From Marsupella aquatica (Eukaryota; Plantae; Marchantiophyta), in contig OZ316899.1 of assembly GCA_973895155.1 (NCBI GenBank), positions 1,201,573 to 1,265,572 on the forward strand: a DNA stretch of 64,000 bases, in the 5' to 3' direction. A model generated the notes under the pieces. The model had not been told where the DNA came from and ran no database searches. It was given only the letters and a program-made list of their open reading frames with translations. The position numbers and the translations under genes are program-made. How positions within the stretch are numbered: the stretch's first letter is position 1; every line of letters starts with the position of its first letter. Of this stretch, positions 1-13,231 are shown piece by piece.

Positions 1-900
1 CAAATTCTGTAACCTGATAGTCTGACTTAACTCCTCATCCAACCGGGTGGTATCAGAAATTTGGTAGGTGGGTACTTCAAATTCCACTGGGACAATACTA
101 TGGAGTCCATAAACCAAGTAAAAAGGAGTTTGCTTAGTTGTAATTTTCTCAGCTGTCCGATATGCCCATAAAGCAGAATGTAATTTTACATCCCAATCTG
201 ACTTGTGTCCAGCCACCGTCTTGAGTAAGATGCGTTCCATCAACCCATTAGCTTTTTCAGTGAGTCCATTAGCTTTAGGATTGTAAGGGGTGGTTTTTCT
301 ACGACGGATCAGATATGTATTTGTGAGACTTTGGATAGTACTGTTGAGAAAATGTAGACGTCTATCACTCACCAACTCCAAAAGACAACCAAATCTGACC
401 AAGATACTTTCAAAAATGAATTTAGCTGTTGTCTGAGCATCATTTTTCCTGGTTGCTCGAGCTTCTACCCACTTTGTTGCATAATCTATGGCAAGAATAA
501 TGTATCGATGTCTGGTTCTGGCTGAGGGAGGTTGAATGGGACCCACGAAATCTATGCCCCACTTTTCAAAAGGTGCTAAAGGCATGATAGGAGTTAAAGG
601 CCAATGAGAAGTGGAAGTAGGTTTACCCATTCTCTGACATGGATCACAAGCTTGGATGTAAGACTGAGTATCCTTATACATAGTCGGCCACCAATATCCA
701 ACATTCCAGATTTTCTTCATAGTGTTCATTAATGCATAATGTCCACCTCCCTCTTTTGCATGCATGGCCTGAATGACAGTCTTGATCTCCTTTTTCTCGA
801 GACATCGTTTCAACTCTTGGTCTGGAGTCTGTTTGTACAACACACCTTCTCGTAAGGTATAAGGCCCAACCTTATGAATGAAGACTGCTTGCTGCTCCTT
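1..900 (-). pseudogene. Gypsy integrase remnant (element A)
   Basis: Hand translation of the minus strand gives GGHY..., WWPTMYKD, CDPCQRMG, PFEKWGIDFVGP, IDYATKWVEA, ELVSD and YNPKANGLTEKANG. Too disrupted to appear in the ORF track. Confidence 0.88.
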
Positions 901-1096
901 GTTCAGATTCTCTGGTAAAACACCCAAAGTCAGAAGTTTGATGATATCCGCATACCAAGAATCCTCCTCATGGACACAGAAAATGTCTTCATCCGGAAAT
1001 CGGTCATTCAATGGAGAGTCATTCGCCTCACCGTCTAATCTCGAGAGGAAATCAGCATTCTCATGATGTTTTCCGGGTCAAACTTCCACAGTAAAG

Positions 1097-2318
1097 TCAA
1101 AATTCTTGTTGTAAAAAAACCCATCTAGCAATTCTTCCGGAAAGGTCAGTTTGGTTGACTAAATATTTCAACGAAGAATGGTCAGTATGAAATACCGTAT
1201 GATATCCCAAAAGGTAGTGTCTAAACTTCTTACAGGCAAACACCACTGCCAATGCTTCTCTTTCTGTGACAATATAGTTCTTCTCAGCAGGGTTCATTTG
1301 TCTACTAGCATAGAAGATAGGATGGTCCTTACCGGCTTTGTCCTTCTGACTAAGGACTGCTCCAACACAAAATGCTGAAGCGTCAATGTACACATGAAAA
1401 GGCTTATCCCAATCGGGTGGTATCAGCACAGGGCAAACACCAACTTATCCTTCAAATTCTGGAAAGCTGTTTGCCAAGCTTCAGTCCAGGTATATTCAAC
1501 ATCCTTCTTCAACAACTGAGTCAGTGGCATCGCAATCTCAGCATATTTACAAATAAATCTTTGGTAGTATCCCACATGACCTAAGAATGCTCTCAACTCT
1601 CTTAAGTTAGCAGGGGGTTGAAGATTTTGAATAATCTTCACTTTTTCAACATTCACTTCTATCCCTTTTCGAGAAATCACATGTCCCAACAACACTCCTT
1701 TCTGCATCCCCATGAAACATTTTTCTGGATGTAAGCAAAGGCAAGCTTCCCTGAATTTTTGGAAAGTTAATTGCAGCTTCTCCAGATGCTCTTCTTCCGT
1801 ACTGAAAACACAGAAATCATCAATAAAAATTTCCAAAAATCGATGAAGGTATTCTTGAAAAATTATCATCATGATCCATTGAAAGGTTCCTGGGGCATTG
1901 CAGAGTCTAGATGGCATTACTGAAAAAGCATATGTGCCCCAGTACGTAGTGAATGTGGTCTTGTCACGGTCCTCCTCCCTGACTGAAATTTGGTTGTATC
2001 CAGAGTAGCCATTGAGGAAGCTGAAAAGGTCATGTCCTGCAACCGTATCTAGAACAATGTCAATGAAAGGTAAGGTGTAATGGTCCTTTATGGTGGCTGC
2101 ATTCAACCTCCGGAAATCTTGACAAACCCGGATTTTAACTTTTCCATCCGGACCTGGTTTCTTAGGCACATGACTATGGGGGAAACCCACTCACTGCTTA
2201 GGACGGGAAAAATGAATCCGGCTTGAGTTAGCTTATCAATCTTGTCCTTCACCATTATAGAGTATTTTGGATTAAGGCAATATTGCCTTTGCCTTATTGG
2301 AACTGCTCCTTCAACCAA
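1097..2318 (-). pseudogene. Gypsy RT-RNase H (element A), frameshifted
   Basis: ORFs 2103-2318, 1423-2190 and 1097-1429 carry WVSPIV, RVCQDFRRLN, GYSGYNQI, GLCNAPGTFQ-type, FIDDF and DASAFCVGAVL. Confidence 0.93.
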
Positions 2319-3039
2319 GTCTATCCGGTGTTGTCCTAAATAAGAGGGTATGCCTTTAATATCGGTATGGCTCCAGGCAAAGACATCCCTATATTGCTCA
2401 ACAATTCCACATACTTAGATCGTAGGTCACCCTGAATATGATTGCTAATATTCAAAAATTTCCCAGGTTCAATCTCCACCTTTTGACAAGCTCGTGGGTC
2501 TACTATCCCTTCAATAAAACCCATAGGTTCAATGGTCAATCCTTTTGCTTCTTCTGGTAAGAACTCAGCGCTGACACCTTCTTGGTCACTTATGACGCCC
2601 TCCCCATCCAAGATCCTAGATTTGACTCTAGTACTTAGGTAGGAAGGGTCCTGGCGTCATGCAGGTTGTAAGTCGGCTTTAGAATCCTTTTCCGGATCAG
2701 AGTATAAAACTGGAACTTTTCGGATGAAGTGTGCTTGATCCGGATTTGCTGATATTTTTGGATTTCTACCAATGTCCGGAATTTCAGTTCCGGCGGTTAT
2801 TTTCGGACTTTCTTCCATCTCCACGGAAGCATCAAATTCAAAAATATCAAGAAATCGCACGTCATCCTATTTCCGTCACTTGGTCTTGTTTCTGACTGAA
2901 TCAGAGTCTGTTGATGTGATTGTGGAATTTGAAGTACAACCTTTGTCCACCTCTGTCTTTCCTTGGTGAAGATTGATGTCCCAGCTGACAGTCACTCGGG
3001 AAGTACCAAAAGTTAATTCCTTCATAGTCCAATTAACTT

Positions 3040-5090
3040 TCATCCGGCACCATACAGCCAGGGCCGTCCTAACAAGATTGGAAAATTGGAAGGAGAACAG
3101 GGTCGAATAATTACATACACCAAAGGAAATGTAATGCCTCCAATTATTGTATCCACATTCTGTAAAATTCCAACTGGAGCAACCCGGGTTTGGTCCGCCA
3201 TTCTCAGGAACCAATCAGTGGGCTCAAATTTTTCAAATCCCAAACTGTATGCAATAGATTCTGTCATGAGGTTGACACCTGAACCTCCATCAACAGGAAC
3301 TCTTGGAATGGAACACCCAGCGATTTGAATGGTCAATATAGGTTGTCCTCTATCCGAAGCCTCAAGGTGGAAGCAATTATGCACATCTACAGTTGGCAAT
3401 TTGGCTTTTCTCCTTCTTCTACCACCTACTAATCTGATCTCCCTTCAAAATTGAGGGTTAATTCTTATCAATTCTCCTATTGTGATGTTGGCTTTGACAT
3501 TGTCAATATCTGCCACAATGTCATATGGTTGGGATTTCTCCAATTTCAATTTCCCTTCCTCAACTGAAGGTATCACAGGGGTAATTGACTTCTTGATTTC
3601 AGGTTTCACTTGTAATTCACGAGCCAAAATCTCTTTGACTTCTGCAAAGATGTCCGGTAAGAAGTATTTGAGATCATTACGATCATATGCTCCATTGTTC
3701 TTGTGGTCCACCTCTTCTCTTTCCGCTGTTATAGGCTGCCTGACCTTCTTCAATTCCTTCTCAAGGGGTTTACCCAACTTTTTCTCTTTAGATCGAGTCA
3801 CTGCGAACACGTTCAGTACTCTGTCTCTCTCCCTAACTCTTTTCTTGGGTTGGCCAAGTTCCTCTTCCTTGACCAAATGAGGCACCTCAACATCAAACAC
3901 CAGGCCTTGTTGTCCACCATTGTTCATATCCGGAAATTTGGGGTCAGCCATTTTAATTTCCGGATTCAGCTTCAGATCTGCACTTGGGAGGGGTTTTCCC
4001 ATACTTTCTCCTTTTTCTTCACTATGGCGACTTGTGGTGTAGACTCCTTCCTTGGGTTCCGATACATTGGAGAGGTGACTTCCACAATTCGGACATGGTC
4101 CACCTCTTCTCTTGGTAACCACATTTCTTCCTCATAACACACAAGCCGAACATTAGCTTCTGGTTTTTGTGTATCCTTGACTGGCTCTTGTACATACCTT
4201 ACCAGCATCTTTGGCTTTGGTGGCGCAGGACATTCCATAGGTAAGTGACCTTCCTTACCGCAGTTTCCACACAAAGGAGTCATCCCCTCAGGTCTCTTTG
4301 GCCACGGACATTGCGGTGAAAAATGAGCCTGATCCCCACAATTCCAACATACGCCTCTTGGAAAAGTTCCTTGTGGTGGGTATCCTCCTGGTGGTGCCAT
4401 AGGTGGCTTATAGACAGGTCTATTAGGTCCTCCTTGAGGTCTTATTGGTGGTCTAGGGAAGAATTGTACAGGGCCCTGAGGTTGAACTTGGTACACTGAA
4501 TCTTCATACCTTTGGAACTCTGGATCACACTCCATCTCACCTTCATAGTCTTCACCTACAATGTAATTCACTTGCTTCGAGCTAGGGCATTCATTAGGAT
4601 AATGGCCCATTTTCTTACAAACAACACACCACACATTGTACCTCTGTTGTTGTAAGGGTCTTCATAGTGGATTATTCATTGCAAGGTTTACAGCCAATCC
4701 CTTCATCTGTTTGGCGAGACCTTCCATGATGTCTACCATTTTGCCTTCACTTTTTGCAGTTTTTTGCAGGTTTAAGAGTGGACACTTTCTTGGATTTCAC
4801 CTCCTCCTCATCAAAACTGTCTGTATCATCTCCACTGTCATCACTCTCACTGGATGTATCATCTTCAGAAGAGGAAGAATCGGCTTGTTTCATTTTCTTT
4901 TTCTTAGACTTCTTCTTCTTTTTCCTTTCTTCTTCTTCAATCTCTTTTGCCAGTTGGGACCGTTGGGAGAGATTGGCATCTATATAGGATTGAGCTACAT
5001 CATAAGCCTCACTCAATGTGATAGGATTGGACCTTCTGACAAACTTATTCAATCCAGGGTACAAGCCTTGAATAAACCATTCCTTGACGG
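3040..5090 (-). pseudogene. Gypsy gag C-terminal half and aspartic protease (element A)
   Basis: WFIQGL gag motif; knuckles CVVCKKMGHYPNEC, CWNCGDQAHFSPQC and CGNCGKEGHLPMEC; protease PVDGGSGVNLM. Confidence 0.88.
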
Positions 5091-5828
5091 GCGTTCCCAT
5101 TCTTTGATCTCCTTAAGCTTGTCCTGACTAGGCGTAATCCCTTCCTGGGTAAAGGTATGGCCGAGGAACTAAATCTCGTTCATTGCAAACTTGCACTTGC
5201 TAGGTTTAGCAAAGAGACGAGCCTTACAAAGGCAAGAGAACACTTCTCTGAGCAACTGCTCATGTTCCTCCAACGTTTTTGAGTAGATTAGGATGTCGTC
5301 AATAAAGAAGACCACTCCTTGGTCCAACAAGTCATGAAAGATGGTATTCATCATCTTCATGAACGTTGCGATTGCATCACACAACCCGAAAGACATAACC
5401 AAAAACTCATAGGATCCGAACCTTGTGCGCATCGCGGTCTTATACTCGTCTCCCTTAGCCATGCGGATCTGATAATACCCAGACCACAAGTCCACCTTTG
5501 AAAACATCCTAGCCCTGGAGAGGCAATCAAAGAGGTCATCCATACAAGGTAACGGGTACTTGTTCTTTACCGTCTACTTATTGAGGGCCCGATAATTTGC
5601 ACACAATCTCAAAGTACCATCCTTTTTGGACACAAACAGCACGGGCGCCCCATAAGGACTCTTACTGGGACGAATTAACCCTTGGTTGATCAACTCTTCC
5701 AAGGCGTTCTTCAACATCATTTATTCGTTCAGGTTCAAACGATAAGGAGCTTTAGCCTGAGGAGCCAAACCTGGCTCCAACTCAACTTGGTGATCCACTT
5801 CTCTCCGCGGGGGTAAACCTTTAGGTAG
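5090..5828 (-). pseudogene. RT fragment of host gypsy W (chromovirus-like), left part
   Basis: [77 protein letters not shown]. Continues in frame at 47457 across TSD GGTAG. Confidence 0.92.
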
Positions 5829-6706
5829 TGTCACATCGTCAGCCTAGGCCTTAACCTGGGCTTCGGCTTAGACAGGCACATCCTTCGTCAAAATGAGGGT
5901 TCGGGCAGGGAGGGAGGCACGGAATGCACCTAACTCACATAAACTAGCGCTAAGTGCGCCTATTGTCATATACAGACACCTCTTAGGTATGGTTTGTGTT
6001 TTGCCGCCGAAACGTACCTCAGTCGATAGCAGGATCAACCCCGGCTTACGGGCTTCTAAGCCTTTGTGTTGTCCGCCTTCGATCCGGATTCGATGGTATG
6101 GGTACTCAACCCGGGCTTGCAACCACTTACCCACAAGTTGCACCCCGTGCAGACCTGGGTAGTGCGTTCGGCCAAGCATTGGCACCTATACACAAGATTC
6201 ACACATATACATACGCACAAGCATACAATCTTGATTTACACGAAGAAAATAATGGGAAAGGATTTTACTACATAGGAGACATATGCGTACACTTAGTTGA
6301 CCCAAAAGCTCTGGAATGAACAGGTCCGAGGCCAAGGGTGTACACTACAACGGAGCCCGGCTCCGCACTCGCCCAGCGAGCTTAGTCCTACACCCTCCCC
6401 TTGGTACTCTCACTCCCAGAGGTCGGGACTCCCCGCACATACCGCGGATGTCCACCACTGAGACTAAAAATCCCCGCTGCCTCTACCAAGGGGTGCACTA
6501 AATACTAAGGCCGAGGAACGGAGTGCCCTCTCACCCAAAGATTTGCTAACTAAGGTCCTAACTAAGCTGGCTGTCAAGCTGGAAAACGGCTTGTCTTATT
6601 AGAAGATCCTAATCTATGCAGGTTGTACAACATGGCAGTGTTGCTTTAACTAGGGCAGGTGCTTGTCCCTATAGCCTAATTTAGCTACTCCTACTCTATT
6701 TTAATC

Positions 6707-9160
6707 CTACTCCGCTGCTAATGCCTGGCACGCTTGCCAGAGCCGCCCGAGTGGAGCGGCTATCCCGCTGCCTTCTGAGTCTATCAGCGTCCTGCTTGAG
6801 TAGCTGGACCTGGTCCAGCAGAGATTTGTTCTACCGCTTCGCCGCTTCGCCGCGTCCGCCTCTTCCGCCTCTTCCGTGGCCTCCTGGCATGCCTCCTCCA
6901 GTTGCTGGGTGTCGCTCGTCAGCTTATCCACCAACTGGGCCTGTTTCGTGGCTTCTCCTTGAAGCCGCGCCACCTCTGTCTTCAGGGTGTCAATCTCAGC
7001 TGTGTCCCGCTGAGATCTAGAGTCAGCTTCCTCCAGATCCTTTTGCCAATTGACAGTTTGTCCCTTCAAACCGTCAATCTTGTCCCGGAGCCGTGCAATC
7101 TCGACGTCCTTTCCTAGCCCGGCCTGTTCTGCTAAAGCTGCTTGGTCCCTAGCCTCGGCAACCTGGTCCTCTGTGGCCGTTACTTGAGGCCGTAGTTGCT
7201 GGAGTTCAGCCTCCAAGGTTGCCACTTCGTCCTTCAGGTAGGCAAACTCAACCCGATATCGCTCTATTCTCTGCGCTGTCTCTGCTTGCGCATGTCCTGC
7301 CCTTACAGCCACAACCAACTCCTGGTTGAAGAAGTAGGCCACCCTCCGGGCCATGTATTCCCCGGTGTCCCGAGAGATCTGTTGCAAGAAATCTCCCAAC
7401 AACCCGTTCAGAAATGTGCTCGGTGCAAAGAGTTCCGGATGATCTAGACTATGTCCATCTGGATTCGGGCACGAGCAGACTCCAACCCGTGCGGGAGTAG
7501 GAGTGGACACATCCAGCCCTTGAGGTAAGTCGGTCGAAGGGGCTGGTTCCATTGGAGGTGGGCGGTTCTCCTGCACCACCGCAAGGGGTGGCGGAATCCC
7601 CTCGGCTACCGTGGCATCTACTTCGGGTATGGCTTCATCCGGCCCGGCTTCGATTGCATTGTCCCAATTGATCGCGTCTAAGGTTGCAATAACGTCAATG
7701 GGTATGCCTGGCGGGGCGGCAACGGCGGGTTGCGGGGCCGGGGTAGCAGGACTTGTAGCTACCAGACTTCGGGACTCGGGCTGCGGTCGCCTCACCTGGG
7801 CTGGGAACACCCATTTTGGCGGGGTCAGCTCGGGCTCGTTGAGACGCGGGAGGCTCTGGTGGTCAAAACAAGCGTACCACTCGATGATGATTTTGATGTG
7901 GCTAGCGAAGTATGCCCTTCCGCCAAGGTACAAAGTCTTCCTTCTCCGCTCCATCTCCTCGTGGAACTTCTTGATGAAGAAGGACGCCCACTTCCTGGGC
8001 CGATAGTTCTCCACTTGGATGACCTGAGCGGCCGATATTTCTCCTCTGGGTTCCATCATGTGGAGGGCATACCGTTGGAACTCCAGGCGTTCTGCTACCT
8101 CCGGGATGAGGCACGTCCTCATTAAGAACCCATTGTCCACTACCCCCTCGGCCGGGAAACTAGAGGACTGGTATTTAGCTCCCTTGCCCCAAGGAGCCCG
8201 CAACTCTACTCAGTTTATCCCCTCGGGTAAACCAAAAATCATCTTTAGACGTGCCTCATTGAGGCACATCACTCTCTCGTGAGCTCGGGTTTGTTGACAG
8301 GCCTCAACGAAGTTCTGAATGAACTCCGACATATCCTGTCCGTAGTACCTGCTTGAGTTCCAAGGGAGAGAGGCGAGGTGCTCAAACCCTTGGGTCTTCA
8401 GATAGCATGCATGCTTGGGGTGGAGGATGTTCTTGTGAACATTGTCCCCCATGCGATGCATGGTCAGCTTGGCTACCGCAACCGTGGCAACCCAGATACG
8501 GCTGCGGGCTCCTTCCTCTTCCTACCCCAAGACTGATTCCCGGGGTGACTAGAAGAGGGGGACACCTCTCCTTCCTCTCGATCAGGTGGTGGTAGTGCGA
8601 CTGCCATGAGTATTGGTGCCGAGGCCGCTAGAGTTACCGTGTTATCCCCTTGGGCTTGCTGGAGTGGTGCTGGGTTGTTCAGCGCTCGTTGAGTCATACC
8701 CCGTGGCTGTCGATTCAGAGGAGGGTGAGCCTCCTCATCTTCAGAGCTAATATTTACCGCATTCACCATGGATCGTACTCAGAGAGGCGATGGAACCGGT
8801 GGCGGGGACTGGCTTGGTTGAGGCCGAGGAGGTGTAGGTGCGGGTACGGGTACGGGCACGGGTTGGCCGGCATTGGTCGTTGATGGTAGAGTTTCCATGA
8901 AGTTCTATAGGGAATGCCGGTGGAGATTTTCCGAAGCAAGTGAAGACGACCCTGTCGACCGGGCAGTGTTGAGCTCGCTGTTGATGATAGCCCGGACCCA
9001 AGCGAGGATGTGGTTAAAGTGGTGCTGCTGCAAGTCGATCGTGCCTGGGATATTGAAGACCTCGTCCGGAAGCCAAAGCAATGCCTCCCAGAAGCCGATG
9101 TATTTGCCTCCGTCAAAGAAGTACCCTGATACTTCTTTGGGTCGGTAAAGCTTGCTCTGG
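6707..9160 (-). pseudogene. LTR-embedded accessory gene of X (3' LTR copy): N-terminal domain, Pro-rich linker, plant-transposon-type domain, coiled coil
   Basis: ORF pieces 8747-9001, 8473-8769, 8210-8461 and 6707-8203 join into one ~800-codon frame with a few stops and a small deletion. Homologous to 44374-46790, 48527-50700 and 61181-63970. Confidence 0.8.
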
Positions 9161-9165
9161 GACGG

Positions 9166-10014
9166 TGTCGCAAGGACTTAAAGTTAGGGGCTCCTCGGGC
9201 AAATTGCGCATTTCTGGCTGCGATCGGGACAAGCGACAAGCACTTTTCAGAGCGAACTCTCACTCCTTTATATTTTTTACTTTTCTCACAAAGGTTACAA
9301 TAGGTGCCCTCGAGTAAGCTTGCCTGCAAGAGTCTGGTAGCTGGCCCTACGGCGGGCCGCTACCTCTAACTTGTCAAGTAGAACTCCTCGAGTGACTAAC
9401 TACTCAAAATCTGACGGAAAAACTATCCTCCTTAGCTCACAAAACCAAAACTTGACTAGCTACTCCACTAGTCTAAAACAACTCACACCGAACTTGGGCC
9501 TGGACCAACGAGGCTCCAAACTCAAGAAATCCTCGCCTGGATCGACAAGACTCCAAACTTGAGAAATCCCCGCCTGGATCAACGAGACTCCAGACTTGAG
9601 AAATTCCCCGCCTGGATCAAAAACTCCCCACCTGGATCCAACACTCGCTCAGAACTCCAAAACCGCCGCACAACAGTCGAGTTCCGCAGAACGAAGCGGA
9701 ACTCACAGAACGCAACTCAATAGATCTCAATAGACAACCGCCAACCTCAATGAGCCGAGGCTCAAGTCTTAAGTAGCATTGGAAACCCAACCATCTAGCC
9801 TGAGCCAGCTGCCATCAGCGAGGCTCATCCAAACTCCAAGCCTGGTGACTCACCCAAACACCAAACCTGGTGACGACGAGTCACCCAATCACCAAACCTC
9901 AATCCATCCAACCAAGCAGCCCCTCCAAGTCAGCATGCACGCAACCCAACCGGGAGGCCTCGCCCATCATTCCCTATAAAAGCCATTCCTGAGCCAAAAT
10001 CTTTCGGCACGCCA
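9166..10014 (-). repeat. 3' LTR of Y1 with ~35 bp internal tandem repeats
   Basis: Matches 13232-14091 and 58003-58929; repeated unit CCTGGATCAACGAGACTCCAAACTTGAGAAATCCCC at ~9505-9640. Confidence 0.92.
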
Positions 10015-10101
10015 TCCTCCCCCAGTAAACCTGAGCAGCCTCCGGTCTGCTCCAATCCATCAGATATCCTCTAAGTCTGAGTCCAAACTCGAGCCATGCG
10101 C

Positions 10102-13100
10102 CTAGACCACTTCCTCCTCAAGAAACTCAAACCCAAAGCCTTCAGACTCGGCCTTAGGCACTCCACTTTCCAGAAACTCGAAGTCCAACTCATCTGAATC
10201 AGAACCAGTCAAGCCACTTTGGAAACTCAAGTCCAACGGATGCGCCTGGACCAGTGCCTCGTCTTCAAATTCACTCAAGTCGGAACTTGAGTCCATTCCC
10301 TTCTCAGTCCTCCTCTTGAAGATCTTCACCCTTTTCCCTGCGTAAGGTACTTGGTGAACTGTTCCATCCAACTCCCGAATAGTGTAGGTCGCATTTGCAT
10401 GAACAGCAACCACCACATACGGACCTTGCCACCTCCGAGCAAACTTGTTTTGGCTCAAGTGTTGCTCGTCCAACTTACTTTGGTAAACCAGAACCCAATC
10501 CCCTTCCTTAACCAAGACAGGCCTCAACCAATGAGTCCTGTCGAACCTGCCCTTGTTCCTTAACCTCGCCATCTTCAATTGCTTTCAAGCCACCTCAATC
10601 TTTGCGGGTAACAAGTTGAAGTGTTTGATCCTTCGAGCCAACAACTCCTCTCTTGAAACTTCATCTTTCCATCCAATCAGTTGCCAGCTGCAAACATCTT
10701 CCTCGAGTGGCATCATCGGCAAGTGCCCAGTAAGTAGCTCAGCCGGAACGTATCCAAGTGCCAAGTCGTTTTCCGGACCTGGACCAGAGTCGGCACTCTC
10801 AGTCCTCAACCCTTTCCTATTCCTCTTGTTTCCAGGTAAAACAACTGGAAATTGAACCACCTCTTTCCCATCTTTGCTCCGAACCTTCACCATGAAGGTA
10901 GTATCATCCGGAACCTTCGTCTCCATCCTCCATTCAGTGATGAACGGCATGCCCAATATCAGCGGAAATGACAAGTGCTCATGAACAAAAATGTTACAAG
11001 CCTACTTGACATTCCCGAACTTCACCATCACATTCGGACATCCGCCCCAAAGATAGTCCTTCATTGAACTCACCGAGTTCACACTCCAAAGCAACTCATT
11101 ATCCACCGGCCAATTCCCCTTTTGAAACACCTTTGGATCCATCAAGTTGATCTCCGAGCCAGTATCAATGAGCGCCCGCACCTTGCCTTCCATTCCTTCC
11201 AACTAGCACTTGCTCTCCGGACTTGCTCGAGCCCAGTATCCATCTCGGTAAGCATAACCGTTTCCTTTCATTGAGCCCATGACATGAATGGTCCTTGACT
11301 ACGCAATAATGCTTTCTTGTTCTCCCCCTTCGGTCGGGTCCCTGTTTGCCACAGACTCAGCTTCGCTTCCGGTTCCCATGAGCTCCTCTTCCGCATCGAA
11401 GAACTCATCGTCCAAGCTCATGAGCTCCTCTTCAAAGGACTTGACCCTCTTCGGTTTCCCCAAGTCTGACTCTTCGGGGCCAGCAAGCTTACTGCCTGAA
11501 CCCATGGACACCCCAGCAGTGTAAGTTTGGAAACTCCCAATTTCCATCTCACCAGCCTCCCCCATCAAGGTGTGAGGGCCCTCTTTGTAAATCCGCTTCC
11601 TCTTGGATCTCTCCAAGATCACTTCCTGGATCTCCCGCCTCATACTGCCAAAGAGCTCGGCATTGGTAAACCCTTGAGCCTGTTGGCTCCATAACTTCTC
11701 AGCTACAACCTCCGGGTACATGGCCTGGTCCACGTCCCTGCCAAGCACCCAGCCTGAGTCTTTCCTGATCGGTTTCCCTTTCTCCGGCTCTTTTTCTTGC
11801 TCATTTTCTCTTCTTCAAACCTAACCCTTCTTTCCTTGTCTCGAGTATCCCGCCTCTCTCGTATCCCGCCTCTCTCGTTCACCTGATTGAGACGGAGTGT
11901 CATCCTCGTCAGTTTTCTTCCTTTTTGACTCGACCAAGGCATCCCAACTAGCCCCAACCTCAACCGTTATCGCATTGATCAGCATTGGGTCACTCCATCC
12001 GGATCTCTCTTGCACCAGATCCGCCAAGCGCTTGTAAAACTTGTCCATTTCCGTCACGGGGCCATCCAACTCCACATTGTAAACATTCGCTTCTAGGTGC
12101 GAAGAGGACGCCTCTTCGACTTGCTTCCCAGCTCGCTTCTCAGCCAAAGCCTTCATGCCTCCCTTATTGGAGTTGAATGGAATCGGCTCTTCAGTATCGG
12201 CAAATGATATCTTTTTCTGACCAACTTCACCGATGAACTTGAGCAGCCCTTTATCCGCAGCTTCCCTCAGGTCCAGGCACTCCCGTTTGTCATGCTCTTT
12301 GCTATCGCACCACATGCATGGCCAATTTTGCATCTCTCGCTTCCTCTCGGGAGCACTCGCAACCCTCGATTTCGGATTCTTGACCGCATGTGCCGCCAAG
12401 ATCTTCAGGTTCTGCATCATTCCTACGAGATCATCCACCGATGGTTTGATCTCATCCTTTGCTGGTTCTTGCTTCCCTTTCCTCAATATCGGTTCTGACG
12501 GCCTTAGGTCGAGACTGGTAGCCTCCTTGTCTAGCTCTCGCCGCCGGTGTCGATTGCTCACTTTTGACACCGCTTTCTCAACTTGGTTCCAGTCGTTAGA
12601 CAAGGTAACTCTCAAAGGTTCCAGCAGCTCCATCACGTTCTCAAGCTCCTCTCAAAGGTCCTCATCGGCTGCCCTCAAGAAGAGCGTCGAGCGCTGCAAC
12701 TTGATGATTCCCACATCCCGCTTCGGTAACTAAGACACCCTTCTCTTGAACTCCCTTAGGAGCTCTTGCGGCTCCTTTAGCTTCTTGTTCTTGTCATCCA
12801 CCCAATCCAAGAAGGTAGCCCGCGTGACCCAATCAACATCCTCCGCTTGGAACTCCTCTTTCATCTTCTGGTCGAAGTCATCCCAGCCCTCAGCTGACTC
12901 AACGATGGTCCGCACCGTCAAACTCAACTCCTTCTCAACCAGCACCATGAACTCTTTCACCACCGTCCCTTCGTCCAACTTGTAGACAACTGCTTCTGTC
13001 AAGTAAGACTTAAGGTAGCTTGTCACATTTCTCCCATCGAACTGCCCATTCTCCTTCAGAACCTCTTCGAGACACCGAGTAGTTCTATTCGCCCTATTTG

Positions 13101-13209
13101 CCCTTTCCAACTCAAGCTCTTCCTTCCTTATGGTTCTCATCATCGACATGACGATGCTCGAGATCCAATCGACTCCGTTATAGTCACCCATCTCATCCAA
13201 TCGCCCCAA
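10102..13209 (-). pseudogene. Y1 gag-protease fused by deletion to an integrase C-terminus
   Basis: ORFs 12730-13209, 11821-12636, 11002-11202, 10585-10974 and 10102-10578. At ~10755 the post-protease sequence (NDLALGY) runs directly into integrase VPAELLTGHLP, identical to Y2's integrase. Confidence 0.88.
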
Positions 13210-13231
13210 GGAATCCCCAGATGGTCGCCAA

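Larger units (their letters stand above)
1..5090 (-). mobile_element. Ty3/gypsy element A (non-chromovirus type), degenerate gag-pol internal region; 5' end lost, 3' part runs off the window
   Basis: Domains in gypsy order on the minus strand: gag with two CCHC knuckles (3972-5090), protease (VDGGSGVN, 3040-3399), RT (FLEIFIDDFC, 1423-2318), RNase H (VYIDASA, YTDHSSL-type motif, 1097-1429), integrase (1-~900). Many frameshifts and stops. Confidence 0.93.

Noticed and set aside
6707-8203. Retroviral env interpretation of the LTR-embedded ORFs
   Set aside because: No signal peptide or transmembrane helix is visible in the X, V or Z proteins; their C-termini are coiled coils.
10102-10260. Similarity between the acidic integrase tail (FEFLEEEVVQAH) and the translated Y LTR repeats (FLEFGASLVQA)
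   Set aside because: Too short and low in complexity to support common origin without an alignment statistic.
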